DNA from: an uncultured Gammaproteobacteria bacterium
Lineage (GTDB): Bacteria; Patescibacteriota; Microgenomatia; Levybacterales; UBA12049
Direction: 5' to 3'
Assembly: GCA_964424775.1 (NCBI GenBank)
Contig: CAYRJZ010000001.1
Span: 204,748 to 268,747, forward strand
DNA length: 64,000 bases
In this document: piece after piece, positions 52,162 to 62,519 of the stretch
Position numbering within the stretch: the stretch's first letter is position 1
Layout: each line of letters opens with the position of its first letter
Position numbers and translations under genes: made by a program
The notes under the pieces: model-generated
Seen by the model: only the letters and a program-made list of their open reading frames with translations
Told to the model about the DNA's origin: nothing
Database searches by the model: none

Positions 52162-54060
52162 CTAATCCGAATCGACAAGGGCATATACTCTTTTTTGATT
52201 ATTACCTAAGTTCTCTTGCTTTATTATCTTAAATGATTTTAATTGTCCTGTAAAATCAACATGAGGTCCCCCGCAAAATTCAATTGAATATGCATCTTTA
52301 TATGACTTGCTAGTATCACCAATAAAGTAAATTTTTGATTTCTCGCCATACGTGTCCATAAAAAGCCCGATCGCCCCCATCTTGTGTGCTTCATCTGTTG
52401 AAATAAGTTCAAAGTGAACAGGAAGATTCTCGCGAATTTTTTCATTGACAATGGATTCGACTCTGTTCAACTCATCATCAGTTAATTTTTGATCAAAGTT
52501 GAAGTCAAATCGGACACGCTCTGTTGTAATATTTGATCCTGTTTGGTGAACATGGTTACCAAGTACATCCCGAAGAGCTTGATGGAGAAGATGAGTAGCT
52601 GTATGCCCCATGATTGTCCTTTCTTGATGATCTGCAAGTCCACCTCTGAACTTTCCAGCTGATTGAGTACGTGAAAGATCACGATGTTTTTGAAGTGCCT
52701 CATCAAATTTGTCTTTATTTACGCTTTTACCTTTCTCATGAGCTAGCTCAGCAATAATTTCAAAAGGAAAACCATGTGTCTGGAAAAGGTCAAATGCTAC
52801 ATCATCTAGCGTATTTATATTTTTTTCCATCTCTTTCATTCCTTTTCCAAGAGTTTTTATGAATTTGTTGAGTTCTTCTTCAATAACTGAGTAAATTTCA
52901 TCAGTATTATTTTCATCAAAGTTATTATCATTAATACCTTTTTCGCTTACAAGAACAGCCTGACAGATTGATTTGAAAGAAGAAACATTAATAACTCCAT
53001 TCTGGAGAAGATACATCTTCACAGCTGCTCTTCTGAGGAGTCGTCGCAGGACATATCCCTGTTCTTTATTTGAAGGAGTCACTCCATCTCTAATTAAAAA
53101 GACTGCAGCTTTCATGTGATCAGCAATAACTCTCATTGAGGCAGTTGCGTTTGGGTCCTGGTAACTCTTTTGGGTAGATGTCTCAATTTCAGAAATTATT
53201 TTATTGTAGAGATCTGAGGTAAAAACATCAGAATTGTTATTAACAGCTGCGGCAAAGCGTTCAAATCCACCACCGAAGTCAACATTTTTTTGTGGAAGTT
53301 CCTTAAAAGTTCCATCATCTTGCTTTTGATATTGCATAAAGACAGAATTGCCAATTTCCATAAACCGTCCACAGTCACAGTTGGGATGACAGTTTTCTCC
53401 AAATTTTTTATCATGCGGAGTTCCAAAGTCATAAAATACTTCTGAATCAGGTCCACCTGGCTCACCACTCGGCATGTTATCAGGAACACCAGCACGACTC
53501 CACCAGTTCTTCTTCACGTCGTAATAGAAAATACGACCATCCTGCATTCCAAGTTGCGCACCTTGTTCTTCATTGAGGAGTTCTACTTCTTTTGCTTCAA
53601 TTCCCTTATTATGAAAAAGTTCTTTCCAAATTGCTGCAGACTCAGTATCTTTTGGAATTGCATTTTTCTCATCCCCTGCAAAAACAGTGACATATAATTT
53701 ATGTGGATCAAGGCCAAGGCCTTTCTCTTTACTTGTCAAAAACTCGAAAAACCAAGGTAACTGTTCTTTTTTGAAATAGTCACCCAGACTCCAGTTTCCC
53801 ACCATTCTAAAAAACGTTGTGTGCCTATTGTCTCCGACTTCTTCAATATCCTGCGTTCGGATACAGTTCTGTGCATTTACCAGTCTCCTCCCATCAGGAT
53901 GGACTTCACCTAGAAGATAAGGGATAAGAGCTTGCATGCCACTTGAAGTAAAGAGAGTTGTGGGGTCGTTTTGCAGAACGAGGGGAGCGTTAACAATACG
54001 CTTATGGCCATTTTCTGTAAAGAAAGATATGTATCTTTGAAGTATCTCAGCTGATGTCAT
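52162..54060 (-). CDS. alaS: alanyl-tRNA synthetase (catalytic + tRNA-binding + editing domains; no C-Ala domain)
   Basis: FTSSGMQ, RHTTFFRMVGNWSLGDYFK, editing HxxxH...CGGPH motifs. 632 aa. Confidence 0.9.
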   Translation of the reverse strand: MTSAEILQRYISFFTENGHKRIVNAPLVLQNDPTTLFTSSGMQALIPYLLGEVHPDGRRLVNAQNCIRTQDIEEVGDNRHTTFFRMVGNWSLGDYFKKEQLPWFFEFLTSKEKGLGLDPHKLYVTVFAGDEKNAIPKDTESAAIWKELFHNKGIEAKEVELLNEEQGAQLGMQDGRIFYYDVKKNWWSRAGVPDNMPSGEPGGPDSEVFYDFGTPHDKKFGENCHPNCDCGRFMEIGNSVFMQYQKQDDGTFKELPQKNVDFGGGFERFAAAVNNNSDVFTSDLYNKIISEIETSTQKSYQDPNATASMRVIADHMKAAVFLIRDGVTPSNKEQGYVLRRLLRRAAVKMYLLQNGVINVSSFKSICQAVLVSEKGINDNNFDENNTDEIYSVIEEELNKFIKTLGKGMKEMEKNINTLDDVAFDLFQTHGFPFEIIAELAHEKGKSVNKDKFDEALQKHRDLSRTQSAGKFRGGLADHQERTIMGHTATHLLHQALRDVLGNHVHQTGSNITTERVRFDFNFDQKLTDDELNRVESIVNEKIRENLPVHFELISTDEAHKMGAIGLFMDTYGEKSKIYFIGDTSKSYKDAYSIEFCGGPHVDFTGQLKSFKIIKQENLGNNQKRVYALVDSD

Positions 54061-54244
54061 CGTGCGATCTATTATAACAGGTGAATCTATTCGAGGCTAG
54101 TCCATGATGGAAAGAAATAATACCTCTTGACAGGCCCGATTTAGCTATGATATATATAGAGCAATAAATCCCGAAAGATGCAGGGGAATGCCTCCTGCGT
54201 CTTACTGTCGTTTTATTTAGAAAGACCTGCCACCCAAAACAAGC

Positions 54245-57200
54245 ATGCCAAAATCCAGTAACGATAATAAGTCAACAATAATCCGCCATAACTGGGGGAA
54301 ACAATATTCTTCTCTTCCACAGCTTGATCTTCTTGCTGTTCAAAAAGCTTCATATCAAAACTTCCTCGATGAACAAATCGGACAAGTACTCCAAGAAATT
54401 TCACCAATTGATGATTTTACCGGAAAGAACTGGAGTCTCTCTTTCAAAGAGTATAGATTAGGTCAACCAACTCTTACTCCTGATATCGCACTCGTTAAAG
54501 GTCTTACCTACGATGCGCCACTCTATGTAAAAGTAACCCTCACCAATCTTAAAACAAATACTACTCATGATGCTGAAGTTTTCTTAGGAGATATTCCTCA
54601 AATGACACAACAAGGAACATTTGTCGTCAATGGAATCGAAAGAGCTGTCGTAAGTCAGATTGTTCGAAGTCCTGGAGTTTTCTTTACAGCTACTCATGAT
54701 CCAGCTACTGGCCGTACTCTCTACTCAGCAGAAATAAGACCAACTCATGGATCATGGCTTGAGTTCTCAACAACTCGATATGGAACTATCACAGTGAAGA
54801 TTGATCGACGTAGAAAGTTCTTGGCCACAACATTTCTCAGAGCAATTGGAGTTTCAGCTAACGAATCTATTCTTGAAAAATTTGCTGATGTTGAAGAAGG
54901 AGAAAATGAGTCATTTATCCAAGCAACACTTCAAAAAGATGAAACAGGATCTGAGACAGAAGCTGTCATTGAGATTTTTAAGAAAATGCATCCTGGAGAG
55001 CCAATTGTTTATGACAAGGTTAAAGAAAACTTTGTCAATCTTTTCTTTAATAACAGACGATATGATCTTGGTGAAGTTGGTCGTTACAAATTAAATAAAA
55101 AATTAGCAGAAGTTCCAAATTTTTCAGGAACAGAAGAAAGAGTACTTACTCTTGATGACATTATTGGCACAATTAAATATCTTATCCTCCTTACTCAGGG
55201 GAAAGGAATGGTCGATGATATTGATTCTCTTGCAAACCGACGTATTCGAAGTGTTGGAGAACTCGTTTCTACAAACGCATTCCGTGTCGGTTGTCTTCGA
55301 CTTGAGAGATCTATTAAAGAGCGTATGAGTCTTATGCAGCCAGATATGCCTGTTGCAGTTGCTAACCTTATTAATGCTCGACCAATTATGGCTTCAATTA
55401 ATGAATTCTTCCGAACATCTCAGCTTTCAACTATTCTTGATCAAACCAACCCACTTTCTGAAATTGATAACTTAAATCGTCTTACTGTGATGGGAGCAGG
55501 TGGAATTTCACGTGAGCGTGCAGCCTTCTCTATTCGTGATATCAATGCGTCACAGTATGGTCGTATTGATCCTATCCGTTCTCCTGAAGGACCAAATATT
55601 GGACTTGTTACCTACATGGCGCTTTATTCTAGAGTAAACGATTATGGCTTTCTTGAAGCTCCATACCGGAAAGTTGTAAAAGAGCAAAAGGGTGGAAAGA
55701 CAGTTGTTCGACTCACTGATGAGATTGAATACATGTCAGCTGATGATGAGAGAGTGAAGTATATTACTCACGCTGGAATTAATATTGATGAAAATGGGGT
55801 TATTCTTGATGATCGTATTCCTGCACGATACAAGGGTGACTTTATTGAAGTTGACTCTGAGAGAATTGAATATATAGATGTCGTTCCACGACAGGTAGTT
55901 GGAACGAGTGCTTCACTTATTCCATTTGTTGCTCATGATGAAGCAAATCGTGCTCTCATGGGAACTCACATGCAATGTCAGGCAGTTCCACTTGTCAAAC
56001 CAGATAGTCCAACGGTTGGAACAGGCATGGAAGCTGCAGTTGCTGAAGTTATGGGGAGAGTTGTGAAAGCACCTTTTGACGGAACTGTAACTTTCGTTGA
56101 CGCAAATAAAGTTGTCCTTGAAGGAGAAAAGGGTGAGAAAGGATCATTTGCTATTACTTCATTCATGAGAACTTCACAGGCAACATCTTACACACAGCGG
56201 GCAGTAGTTGCTGAAGGACAAAAAGTAAAGAAAGGTGATCTTCTTATTGATGGCCCAGCTGCACAAAATGGAGAGCTCGCACTTGGACAAAATCTTCTTA
56301 TTGCATATGCGTCACTTGAAGGACTTGGGTATGAGGATGCTATCGTTATCTCAGATAGACTTGTAAAAGAGGACGTTCTTTCAAGTATCCACATTGAAAA
56401 GCATGAAGCAGCAGTTGTCGAAACAAAGCTGGGACCTGAAGAAATTACACCTGATATTCCAAATGTCAGTGAAGAGGAATTAGCTCATCTTGATCCTGAA
56501 GGAATAATCGTTGTTGGATCTGAAGTAGGACCAGGCGATATTCTAGTCGGAAAGATTGCACCAAAAGGCGAAACAGAATTAACAGCAGAAGAAAGACTTC
56601 TCCGCGCTATCTTTGGAGAACAGGCTCGAGAGGTTCGAGATACTTCACTTCGTATGCCTCATGGAGAGCGTGGAACTGTTATTAGTGTTCAGATTCTTGA
56701 TCGTAAGAAAGGTGATGAACTTGAACCAGGAACATTGAAGAAGATAATTGTAGAAGTTGCGCAGTTCCGACATGTTGTTGTAGGAGACAAACTCGCAGGA
56801 CGTCATGGTAACAAAGGAATTATTTCACGAATTCTCCCAGCAGCAGATATGCCTTACCTTGAGGATGGAACACCGGTTGATATTATCATCTCACCAATGT
56901 CTATTCTTGCTCGTATGAATCTCGGACAGATTCTTGAAGCTCATCTTGGATTTGCAGCTCAAAAGCTCGATATGAAGATCGGTGCTCCAGTATTTGAACA
57001 TATCCCAGAAGAAAAGATTACCTCACTTCTTCAAGAAGCAGGACTTCCAGTTAATGGAAAAGTTCGTCTTTATGATGGAAAAACAGGAAATGCATTTGAA
57101 AATAATGTAGTTGTCGGAATTGAGTACATGATGAAACTTATTCACATGGTTGAGGATAAGACTCATGCTCGATCAACTGGACCATACTCTCTTGTTACCC

Positions 57201-57661
57201 AGCAACCTCTTGGAGGAAAAGCTCAAATGGGAGGTCAGAGACTTGGAGAAATGGAAGTGTGGGCACTAGAAGCACATCGAGCACGACATATTCTTCAGGA
57301 AATGTTAACAATTAAAGCTGACGATGTTATCGGACGTGCAAAAGCATTTGAGGCAATTGTGAAGGGAACTGATATCCCAACACCAAAAGTTCCTGAATCA
57401 TTCAAAGTTCTTATTAAAGAACTTCAATCTCTTGGACTTAATGTTGTTCCAGTTGGAGCTACAGTGTATAATGAAGTTTCCGAGAATAAAGATGAGTTTG
57501 TTTCTGAAGATGTCAAACAGGAAGTTGAAGCATTAAAAGAGACACTTGAGGCAACTGAGGTTGCTGAGGAAGCACCAGAAGTTGGAGTAGAAGTCGCTGA
57601 AGCTGGAGCAGAAGTCGAGCCAAGTGATGCAATGCTTGCGGAGGGAGCAGAAAATGAATAA
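54245..57661 (+). CDS. rpoB: DNA-directed RNA polymerase subunit beta
   Basis: 1138 aa with canonical rpoB blocks (GTFVVNGIERAVVSQ, NRLTVMGAGGIS, HGNKGIISRILP...). Confidence 0.97.
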   Translation: MPKSSNDNKSTIIRHNWGKQYSSLPQLDLLAVQKASYQNFLDEQIGQVLQEISPIDDFTGKNWSLSFKEYRLGQPTLTPDIALVKGLTYDAPLYVKVTLTNLKTNTTHDAEVFLGDIPQMTQQGTFVVNGIERAVVSQIVRSPGVFFTATHDPATGRTLYSAEIRPTHGSWLEFSTTRYGTITVKIDRRRKFLATTFLRAIGVSANESILEKFADVEEGENESFIQATLQKDETGSETEAVIEIFKKMHPGEPIVYDKVKENFVNLFFNNRRYDLGEVGRYKLNKKLAEVPNFSGTEERVLTLDDIIGTIKYLILLTQGKGMVDDIDSLANRRIRSVGELVSTNAFRVGCLRLERSIKERMSLMQPDMPVAVANLINARPIMASINEFFRTSQLSTILDQTNPLSEIDNLNRLTVMGAGGISRERAAFSIRDINASQYGRIDPIRSPEGPNIGLVTYMALYSRVNDYGFLEAPYRKVVKEQKGGKTVVRLTDEIEYMSADDERVKYITHAGINIDENGVILDDRIPARYKGDFIEVDSERIEYIDVVPRQVVGTSASLIPFVAHDEANRALMGTHMQCQAVPLVKPDSPTVGTGMEAAVAEVMGRVVKAPFDGTVTFVDANKVVLEGEKGEKGSFAITSFMRTSQATSYTQRAVVAEGQKVKKGDLLIDGPAAQNGELALGQNLLIAYASLEGLGYEDAIVISDRLVKEDVLSSIHIEKHEAAVVETKLGPEEITPDIPNVSEEELAHLDPEGIIVVGSEVGPGDILVGKIAPKGETELTAEERLLRAIFGEQAREVRDTSLRMPHGERGTVISVQILDRKKGDELEPGTLKKIIVEVAQFRHVVVGDKLAGRHGNKGIISRILPAADMPYLEDGTPVDIIISPMSILARMNLGQILEAHLGFAAQKLDMKIGAPVFEHIPEEKITSLLQEAGLPVNGKVRLYDGKTGNAFENNVVVGIEYMMKLIHMVEDKTHARSTGPYSLVTQQPLGGKAQMGGQRLGEMEVWALEAHRARHILQEMLTIKADDVIGRAKAFEAIVKGTDIPTPKVPESFKVLIKELQSLGLNVVPVGATVYNEVSENKDEFVSEDVKQEVEALKETLEATEVAEEAPEVGVEVAEAGAEVEPSDAMLAEGAENE

Positions 57662-60600
57662 TAACGGCAAAAAAGCAGTAAAAGATTTAACAATTTTAGA
57701 TTTCAAATCATTAAAGATTCTTCTTGCGAATAATGAAGATATTGCAAATTGGTCTTATGGAGAAGTAACAAAACCTGAGACTATCAATTATCGTACACTT
57801 CGACCAGAAAAAGATGGACTTTTTGATGAAAGAATTTTTGGTCCTACAAAAGACTGGGAATGTTATTGTGGTAAATATAAGAGAATTCGATATCGAGGAA
57901 TTATTTGTGATAAATGTGGTGTTGAAGTAACTCTTTCCCGAGTTCGCCGTGAGAGACTTGGTCATATTACGCTTTCTGCACCAGTTGCACACGTTTGGTA
58001 TTTTAAAGGAGCATCATCTGCACTTGCATCACTTCTTGATATTCCTCAAAAGAACTTAGAGTCTGTTATTTATTACGCATCATACCTCGTCACAGAAGTT
58101 GATGAGCAAAAGAAGAAAGAAGCAATTGATGCTCTTATGCAAAATATTGAGAATCGAAAGCAGGCACTTAAAGACAAGATGCAGGATGAAGAATCAAAGA
58201 TTACAGACGATGCAAAAGACAAGAAGGATGAAACAAAAACAGCAAAAGGTGAGCAAAAAGAGCTTATCTCACAAGAATTAGAGCTCGCAAAGAGACAGCG
58301 ATTAACACGTCTTCATGAAACATTTGAGAATGAATCAAAGAAGATTGATGAAATCGCTGATACCCTCGCACGACTTCTGAAGAGTCTTCGAGTGGGAAGT
58401 GTGCTTTCTGAAGATGAATATTACAAGATTCTTGAGTATGAAATCCCAGTTTTCTTCACGATGAAGACTGGATCTGAAGCCCTCTTGCAGCTTATTAAAG
58501 GTCTTGATCTTTCTAAAGTTATTGCAGAACTTCGAACAGAAGCTGAGAAATCAACTGGTCAACGGTATCTTAAAGTTGTGAAGAGACTTCGACTTATTGA
58601 GAACATGCGAAAAGCTGGTGCGACACCAACAGCTATGATCATGACAACTCTTCCTGTTATCCCACCAGATCTTCGACCTATGGTACAGCTTGCCGGTGGA
58701 AGATTTGCAACATCAGATCTTAATGATCTTTATCGACGTGTTATTAACCGAAATAATCGTTTGAAGCACCTTATTGCTCTAGGAGCGCCAGAAATTATCT
58801 TGAGAAATGAGAAGAGAATGCTTCAGGAATCAGTTGACTCTCTTATTGATGCATCACAGAGAGGAAGTCAGGCTATCGCATCTCCTCTTCGCTCACTTTC
58901 AGACATGCTTCGAGGTAAGCAGGGACGATTTAGACAGAATCTTCTTGGAAAACGTGTTGATTACTCAGGACGATCAGTTATCGTTGTTGGACCAGATCTT
59001 AAGTTAACACAGTGTGGACTTCCAAAAGAAATGGCACTTGAGATGTTTAAGCCATTTGTTCTTCGTGAAGTAATTGTTCGTGGACTTGCTACTAACATTA
59101 AGTCAGCAAAGAGATATATTGAAAAAAGACCACCAGAAGTATTTGATATTCTTGAAGAAATTACAAAGAATCATCCAGTTCTTCTTAATCGTGCTCCTAC
59201 ACTTCATAAGTTAGGTATTCAGGCTTTCTATCCTGTTCTTATTGAAGGTTCAGCTATTCAACTCCATCCTTGTGTATGTGCAGGTTATAACGCTGACTTT
59301 GACGGAGATCAGATGGCTGTTCACATCCCACTTTCACAAAAAGCTCAGGAAGAAGCAGTTAGTCTTATGATGCCAAGTCGAAATCTCTTAAAACCAGCTG
59401 ATGGATCTCCAATTACACTTCCAAATAAAGAAATGGCGCTTGGAATCTTCTTCTTAACTTCAGTTAATGAAGATTTGAGAAAGAGTGAAGAAGAGATGTC
59501 ATACTTCGAAAACGAAGTTGCTGCAATCATGGCATATGATATGGGTAAAGTCGCTCTTCGAGAACCAATTAAAGTTCGTGTTGGTGCAACAGGTGATCGA
59601 GAGCTCATGGAGACAACTGTAGGGAGAATTCGATTTAATGAACTTCTTCCAGGTGTCTTTGGATATATTAATGAATCAGTAAACGCTGCAGGAATCAAAA
59701 AGCTTATTACTACAGCTATGAAACTCATCTCTCAAGATGAGGTGACAGCACTTATTGACAGTATTAAGAGTCTTGGATTTCACGGCGCAACAATTTCTGG
59801 TCTTTCAGTTGGTGTATTTGATAACTACATGCATCCAGACAAAGATAAGATGATTGCTGAAGCAGAGAAGAAAGTTGCGGCAATTGATGATGAGTATCAA
59901 AGAGGACTTATCACTCTTGATGAGAAAAAGAGACTTTCAAATGATGTCTGGCTTAAAGCTACAGATGAAATTGCAAAACTGACATGGAATAACTTAAAGC
60001 CTTCAAATCCTATTAAAATCACCATTGATTCAGGAGGATCACGTGCTGGAGTAGAACAGCTTAAGCAGCTTTCAGCTATCCGAGGACTTATTGTTGATCC
60101 ACTTGGAAAGATCGTTGAACTTCCAGTTAAGTCTAACTTCCGAGAAGGTCTTTCAATCTTTGAATACGTTGCATCCGCTCGAGGATCACGAAAAGGACTT
60201 ACAGACTCAGCGCTTAAGACTGCAAACGCTGGATACCTGACACGACGTCTCGTTGACGTATCACACGAAGTGATTGTTATGGTCGATGATTGTGGAACAA
60301 CAGAGGGTCTTACTATTAGTGTTGATGATCCAGAAAGAACAGCACCATTTGCAGATCGCATCTTAGGACGAATTCTCCTCTCAGATGCAGTTACAAAGTC
60401 TCGAAAAGCTATCTTGAAAGCAGGAGAAGAATTGAGTGAAGAAAATGTGAAGCTTCTTGTTGATAATGAGGTTACTGAAGTTGATGTTCGATCACCGATG
60501 GGCTGCAAACTCGCATACGGAATTTGTGCGAACTGTTATGGTTGGGACTTTTCAACGAAAAAGAAAGTATCTCTTGGTGTCCCAGTTGGAGTTATCGCTG

Positions 60601-61481
60601 CACAAAGTATTGGAGAGCCAGGAACTCAGCTTACAATGCGTGTTCGCCACTTCGGTGGAGTTGTTATGAGTGACGTGACACAGGGTCTCCCTCGTGTTGA
60701 AGAACTCTTTGAGATGAGAACACCAAAGAACTTAGCTCCAATTTCTGAAATTGCTGGAAAAGTAAAAATTGAGACAACAGATGAAGGATATAGAGTCCAA
60801 GTTCGAAATACACGAATCAAACCAATTGAAGTTCAGGAATACTTTGTTCCACTTGCTGCAACACTTGCAGTGAAAGATGGAGATGATATCTCAGCAGGAA
60901 CACCACTTGCTCAGGGTTATCTTGATCCAAAAGAGGTTTTGAAGATCGGTGGAATTGGACGTGCACAAAATTACCTTATCACTGAGGTTCAGAAAGTATA
61001 CGAATCTCAAGGTATTGCAATTAACGACAAGCACTTTGAAGTAATTGCACGCAAGATGTCAGATAAGATCATCGTTGAGACTGTTGGTGATACCCCACTT
61101 ATTCCAGGCGACTTTGTAACAAGAGCACGATTTGAAGAAATGAATGCTGAAATCCTCTCAGAAGGCGGAGTCCCAGCAACTGGTCGACAAGTGATCCTTG
61201 GAATTACCAAAGCAGCTCTTTTCTCAGATAGTTGGCTCTCAGCAGCATCATTCCAAGAGACAACAAAAGTTCTGACAGAAGCTGCGCTTGAAGGTCGAGA
61301 AGACAAGCTTATCGGACTTAAGGAGAATGTTATTATCGGACGACTTATTCCTGTTGAAGGAAAAGAACTTGCAGATGCACGTGAGGCTTCTCAGGATATA
61401 ACTGAGGCAGCTGATGCAGAAGGAGTTGCTGAGACTATTATACCTGCTGATTCAGCTGAGGTTTCTGAAGTTACTGCCTAA
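57654..61481 (+). CDS. rpoC: DNA-directed RNA polymerase subunit beta'
   Basis: MNNNGKK start at 57654 overlaps the rpoB stop by 8 nt. Zinc-binding CYCGKYKRIRYRGIICDKCGVEV, NADFDGDQMAVH catalytic motif. 1275 aa from this start. Confidence 0.97.
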   Translation: MNNNGKKAVKDLTILDFKSLKILLANNEDIANWSYGEVTKPETINYRTLRPEKDGLFDERIFGPTKDWECYCGKYKRIRYRGIICDKCGVEVTLSRVRRERLGHITLSAPVAHVWYFKGASSALASLLDIPQKNLESVIYYASYLVTEVDEQKKKEAIDALMQNIENRKQALKDKMQDEESKITDDAKDKKDETKTAKGEQKELISQELELAKRQRLTRLHETFENESKKIDEIADTLARLLKSLRVGSVLSEDEYYKILEYEIPVFFTMKTGSEALLQLIKGLDLSKVIAELRTEAEKSTGQRYLKVVKRLRLIENMRKAGATPTAMIMTTLPVIPPDLRPMVQLAGGRFATSDLNDLYRRVINRNNRLKHLIALGAPEIILRNEKRMLQESVDSLIDASQRGSQAIASPLRSLSDMLRGKQGRFRQNLLGKRVDYSGRSVIVVGPDLKLTQCGLPKEMALEMFKPFVLREVIVRGLATNIKSAKRYIEKRPPEVFDILEEITKNHPVLLNRAPTLHKLGIQAFYPVLIEGSAIQLHPCVCAGYNADFDGDQMAVHIPLSQKAQEEAVSLMMPSRNLLKPADGSPITLPNKEMALGIFFLTSVNEDLRKSEEEMSYFENEVAAIMAYDMGKVALREPIKVRVGATGDRELMETTVGRIRFNELLPGVFGYINESVNAAGIKKLITTAMKLISQDEVTALIDSIKSLGFHGATISGLSVGVFDNYMHPDKDKMIAEAEKKVAAIDDEYQRGLITLDEKKRLSNDVWLKATDEIAKLTWNNLKPSNPIKITIDSGGSRAGVEQLKQLSAIRGLIVDPLGKIVELPVKSNFREGLSIFEYVASARGSRKGLTDSALKTANAGYLTRRLVDVSHEVIVMVDDCGTTEGLTISVDDPERTAPFADRILGRILLSDAVTKSRKAILKAGEELSEENVKLLVDNEVTEVDVRSPMGCKLAYGICANCYGWDFSTKKKVSLGVPVGVIAAQSIGEPGTQLTMRVRHFGGVVMSDVTQGLPRVEELFEMRTPKNLAPISEIAGKVKIETTDEGYRVQVRNTRIKPIEVQEYFVPLAATLAVKDGDDISAGTPLAQGYLDPKEVLKIGGIGRAQNYLITEVQKVYESQGIAINDKHFEVIARKMSDKIIVETVGDTPLIPGDFVTRARFEEMNAEILSEGGVPATGRQVILGITKAALFSDSWLSAASFQETTKVLTEAALEGREDKLIGLKENVIIGRLIPVEGKELADAREASQDITEAADAEGVAETIIPADSAEVSEVTA

Positions 61482-61557
61482 TTACTTCAATTTTTTACCC
61501 TCAAGGTATTTCCCTCCTGAAGTGTGTATGCTATAATAGCCAGAGGAAAATTTACGT

Positions 61558-61974
61558 ATGCCAACATTATCACAACTTGCACGAAAAGGACGATCATTTA
61601 AAACGAAAAAGGTTAAAGCAACCGGTCTTCGTCGATTTTTTAATGCAAAAGATCGTGAATATAAGGAGTTAGCAGCACCTCAAAAAAGAGGCGTTGTTAC
61701 CTTAGTCAAGACAATGACTCCTAAAAAGCCTAATTCAGCTCTTCGAAAGGTCGCTCGTGTGAAGTTATCAAATAAAGTTGAAGTGACAGCATATATTCAA
61801 GGAGTCGGTCATTCTCTCTCAGAACACGGAATCGTTCTTGTTCGAGGAGGTCGTGTAAAAGATTTACCAGGAGTTAAGTATCATATCGTTCGCGGTAAAT
61901 TTGATCTTCAGGGAGTTGAAGGACGAAAGACTTCACGAAGTAAGTATGGGGCTAAAATGCCACAAGCTAAGTAA
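61558..61974 (+). CDS. rpsL: 30S ribosomal protein S12
   Basis: [12 protein letters not shown]...[18 protein letters not shown]... Confidence 0.97.
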   Translation: MPTLSQLARKGRSFKTKKVKATGLRRFFNAKDREYKELAAPQKRGVVTLVKTMTPKKPNSALRKVARVKLSNKVEVTAYIQGVGHSLSEHGIVLVRGGRVKDLPGVKYHIVRGKFDLQGVEGRKTSRSKYGAKMPQAK

Positions 61975-61979
61975 ATAAT

Positions 61980-62453
61980 ATGAGACACGCTAAAATCCAA
62001 AAAAGACAAACATCACCTGATAAACTCCATAACAACGTTATGGTAGCAAAGCTTATTAACTACATCATGCAAGATGGTAAAAAGACCATTGCTGAGAAGT
62101 GTGTATACGGCTCATTTGACGTTCTTAAAAATAACAATCAGGAGCCACTTGATATCTTCGAGAGAGCTATCCAAAATGTTGGACCAAAAGTTGAAGTAAA
62201 AGCACGACGTATCGGAGGAGCTAATTTCCAAGTCCCTACAGAAGTTCGACATGACAGACGTATGTCACTTGCTCTCAGATGGATAGTTGAAGCAGCTCGA
62301 AAGAGATCAAATAAAGAGTATCATTCATTTGCAGAAAAGCTCGCTGCAGAATTTAATGCTGCTGCAAATAATGAAGGTGAAGCAATCAGAAAACGTGACG
62401 TCACTCTCAAACAAGCTGAAGCTAACAAAGCTTTTGCACATTTCCGCTGGTAA
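61980..62453 (+). CDS. rpsG: 30S ribosomal protein S7
   Basis: Canonical S7. Follows rpsL by 5 nt. Confidence 0.95.
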   Translation: MRHAKIQKRQTSPDKLHNNVMVAKLINYIMQDGKKTIAEKCVYGSFDVLKNNNQEPLDIFERAIQNVGPKVEVKARRIGGANFQVPTEVRHDRRMSLALRWIVEAARKRSNKEYHSFAEKLAAEFNAAANNEGEAIRKRDVTLKQAEANKAFAHFRW

Positions 62454-62519
62454 ACCCTCTTCTTCTCATCTTATAGTTTTCAAATTTATCTCAAATAGTG
62501 TAAAATACTGGTTCTCCAA

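Noticed and set aside
54090-54130. TTGACA-like hexamer in the alaS/rpoB divergent intergenic region, as the rpoB promoter
   Set aside because: The spacing to the nearest TATGAT/TATATA -10 candidates is 13 or 18 nt, neither canonical. The call is too uncertain to list as a feature.
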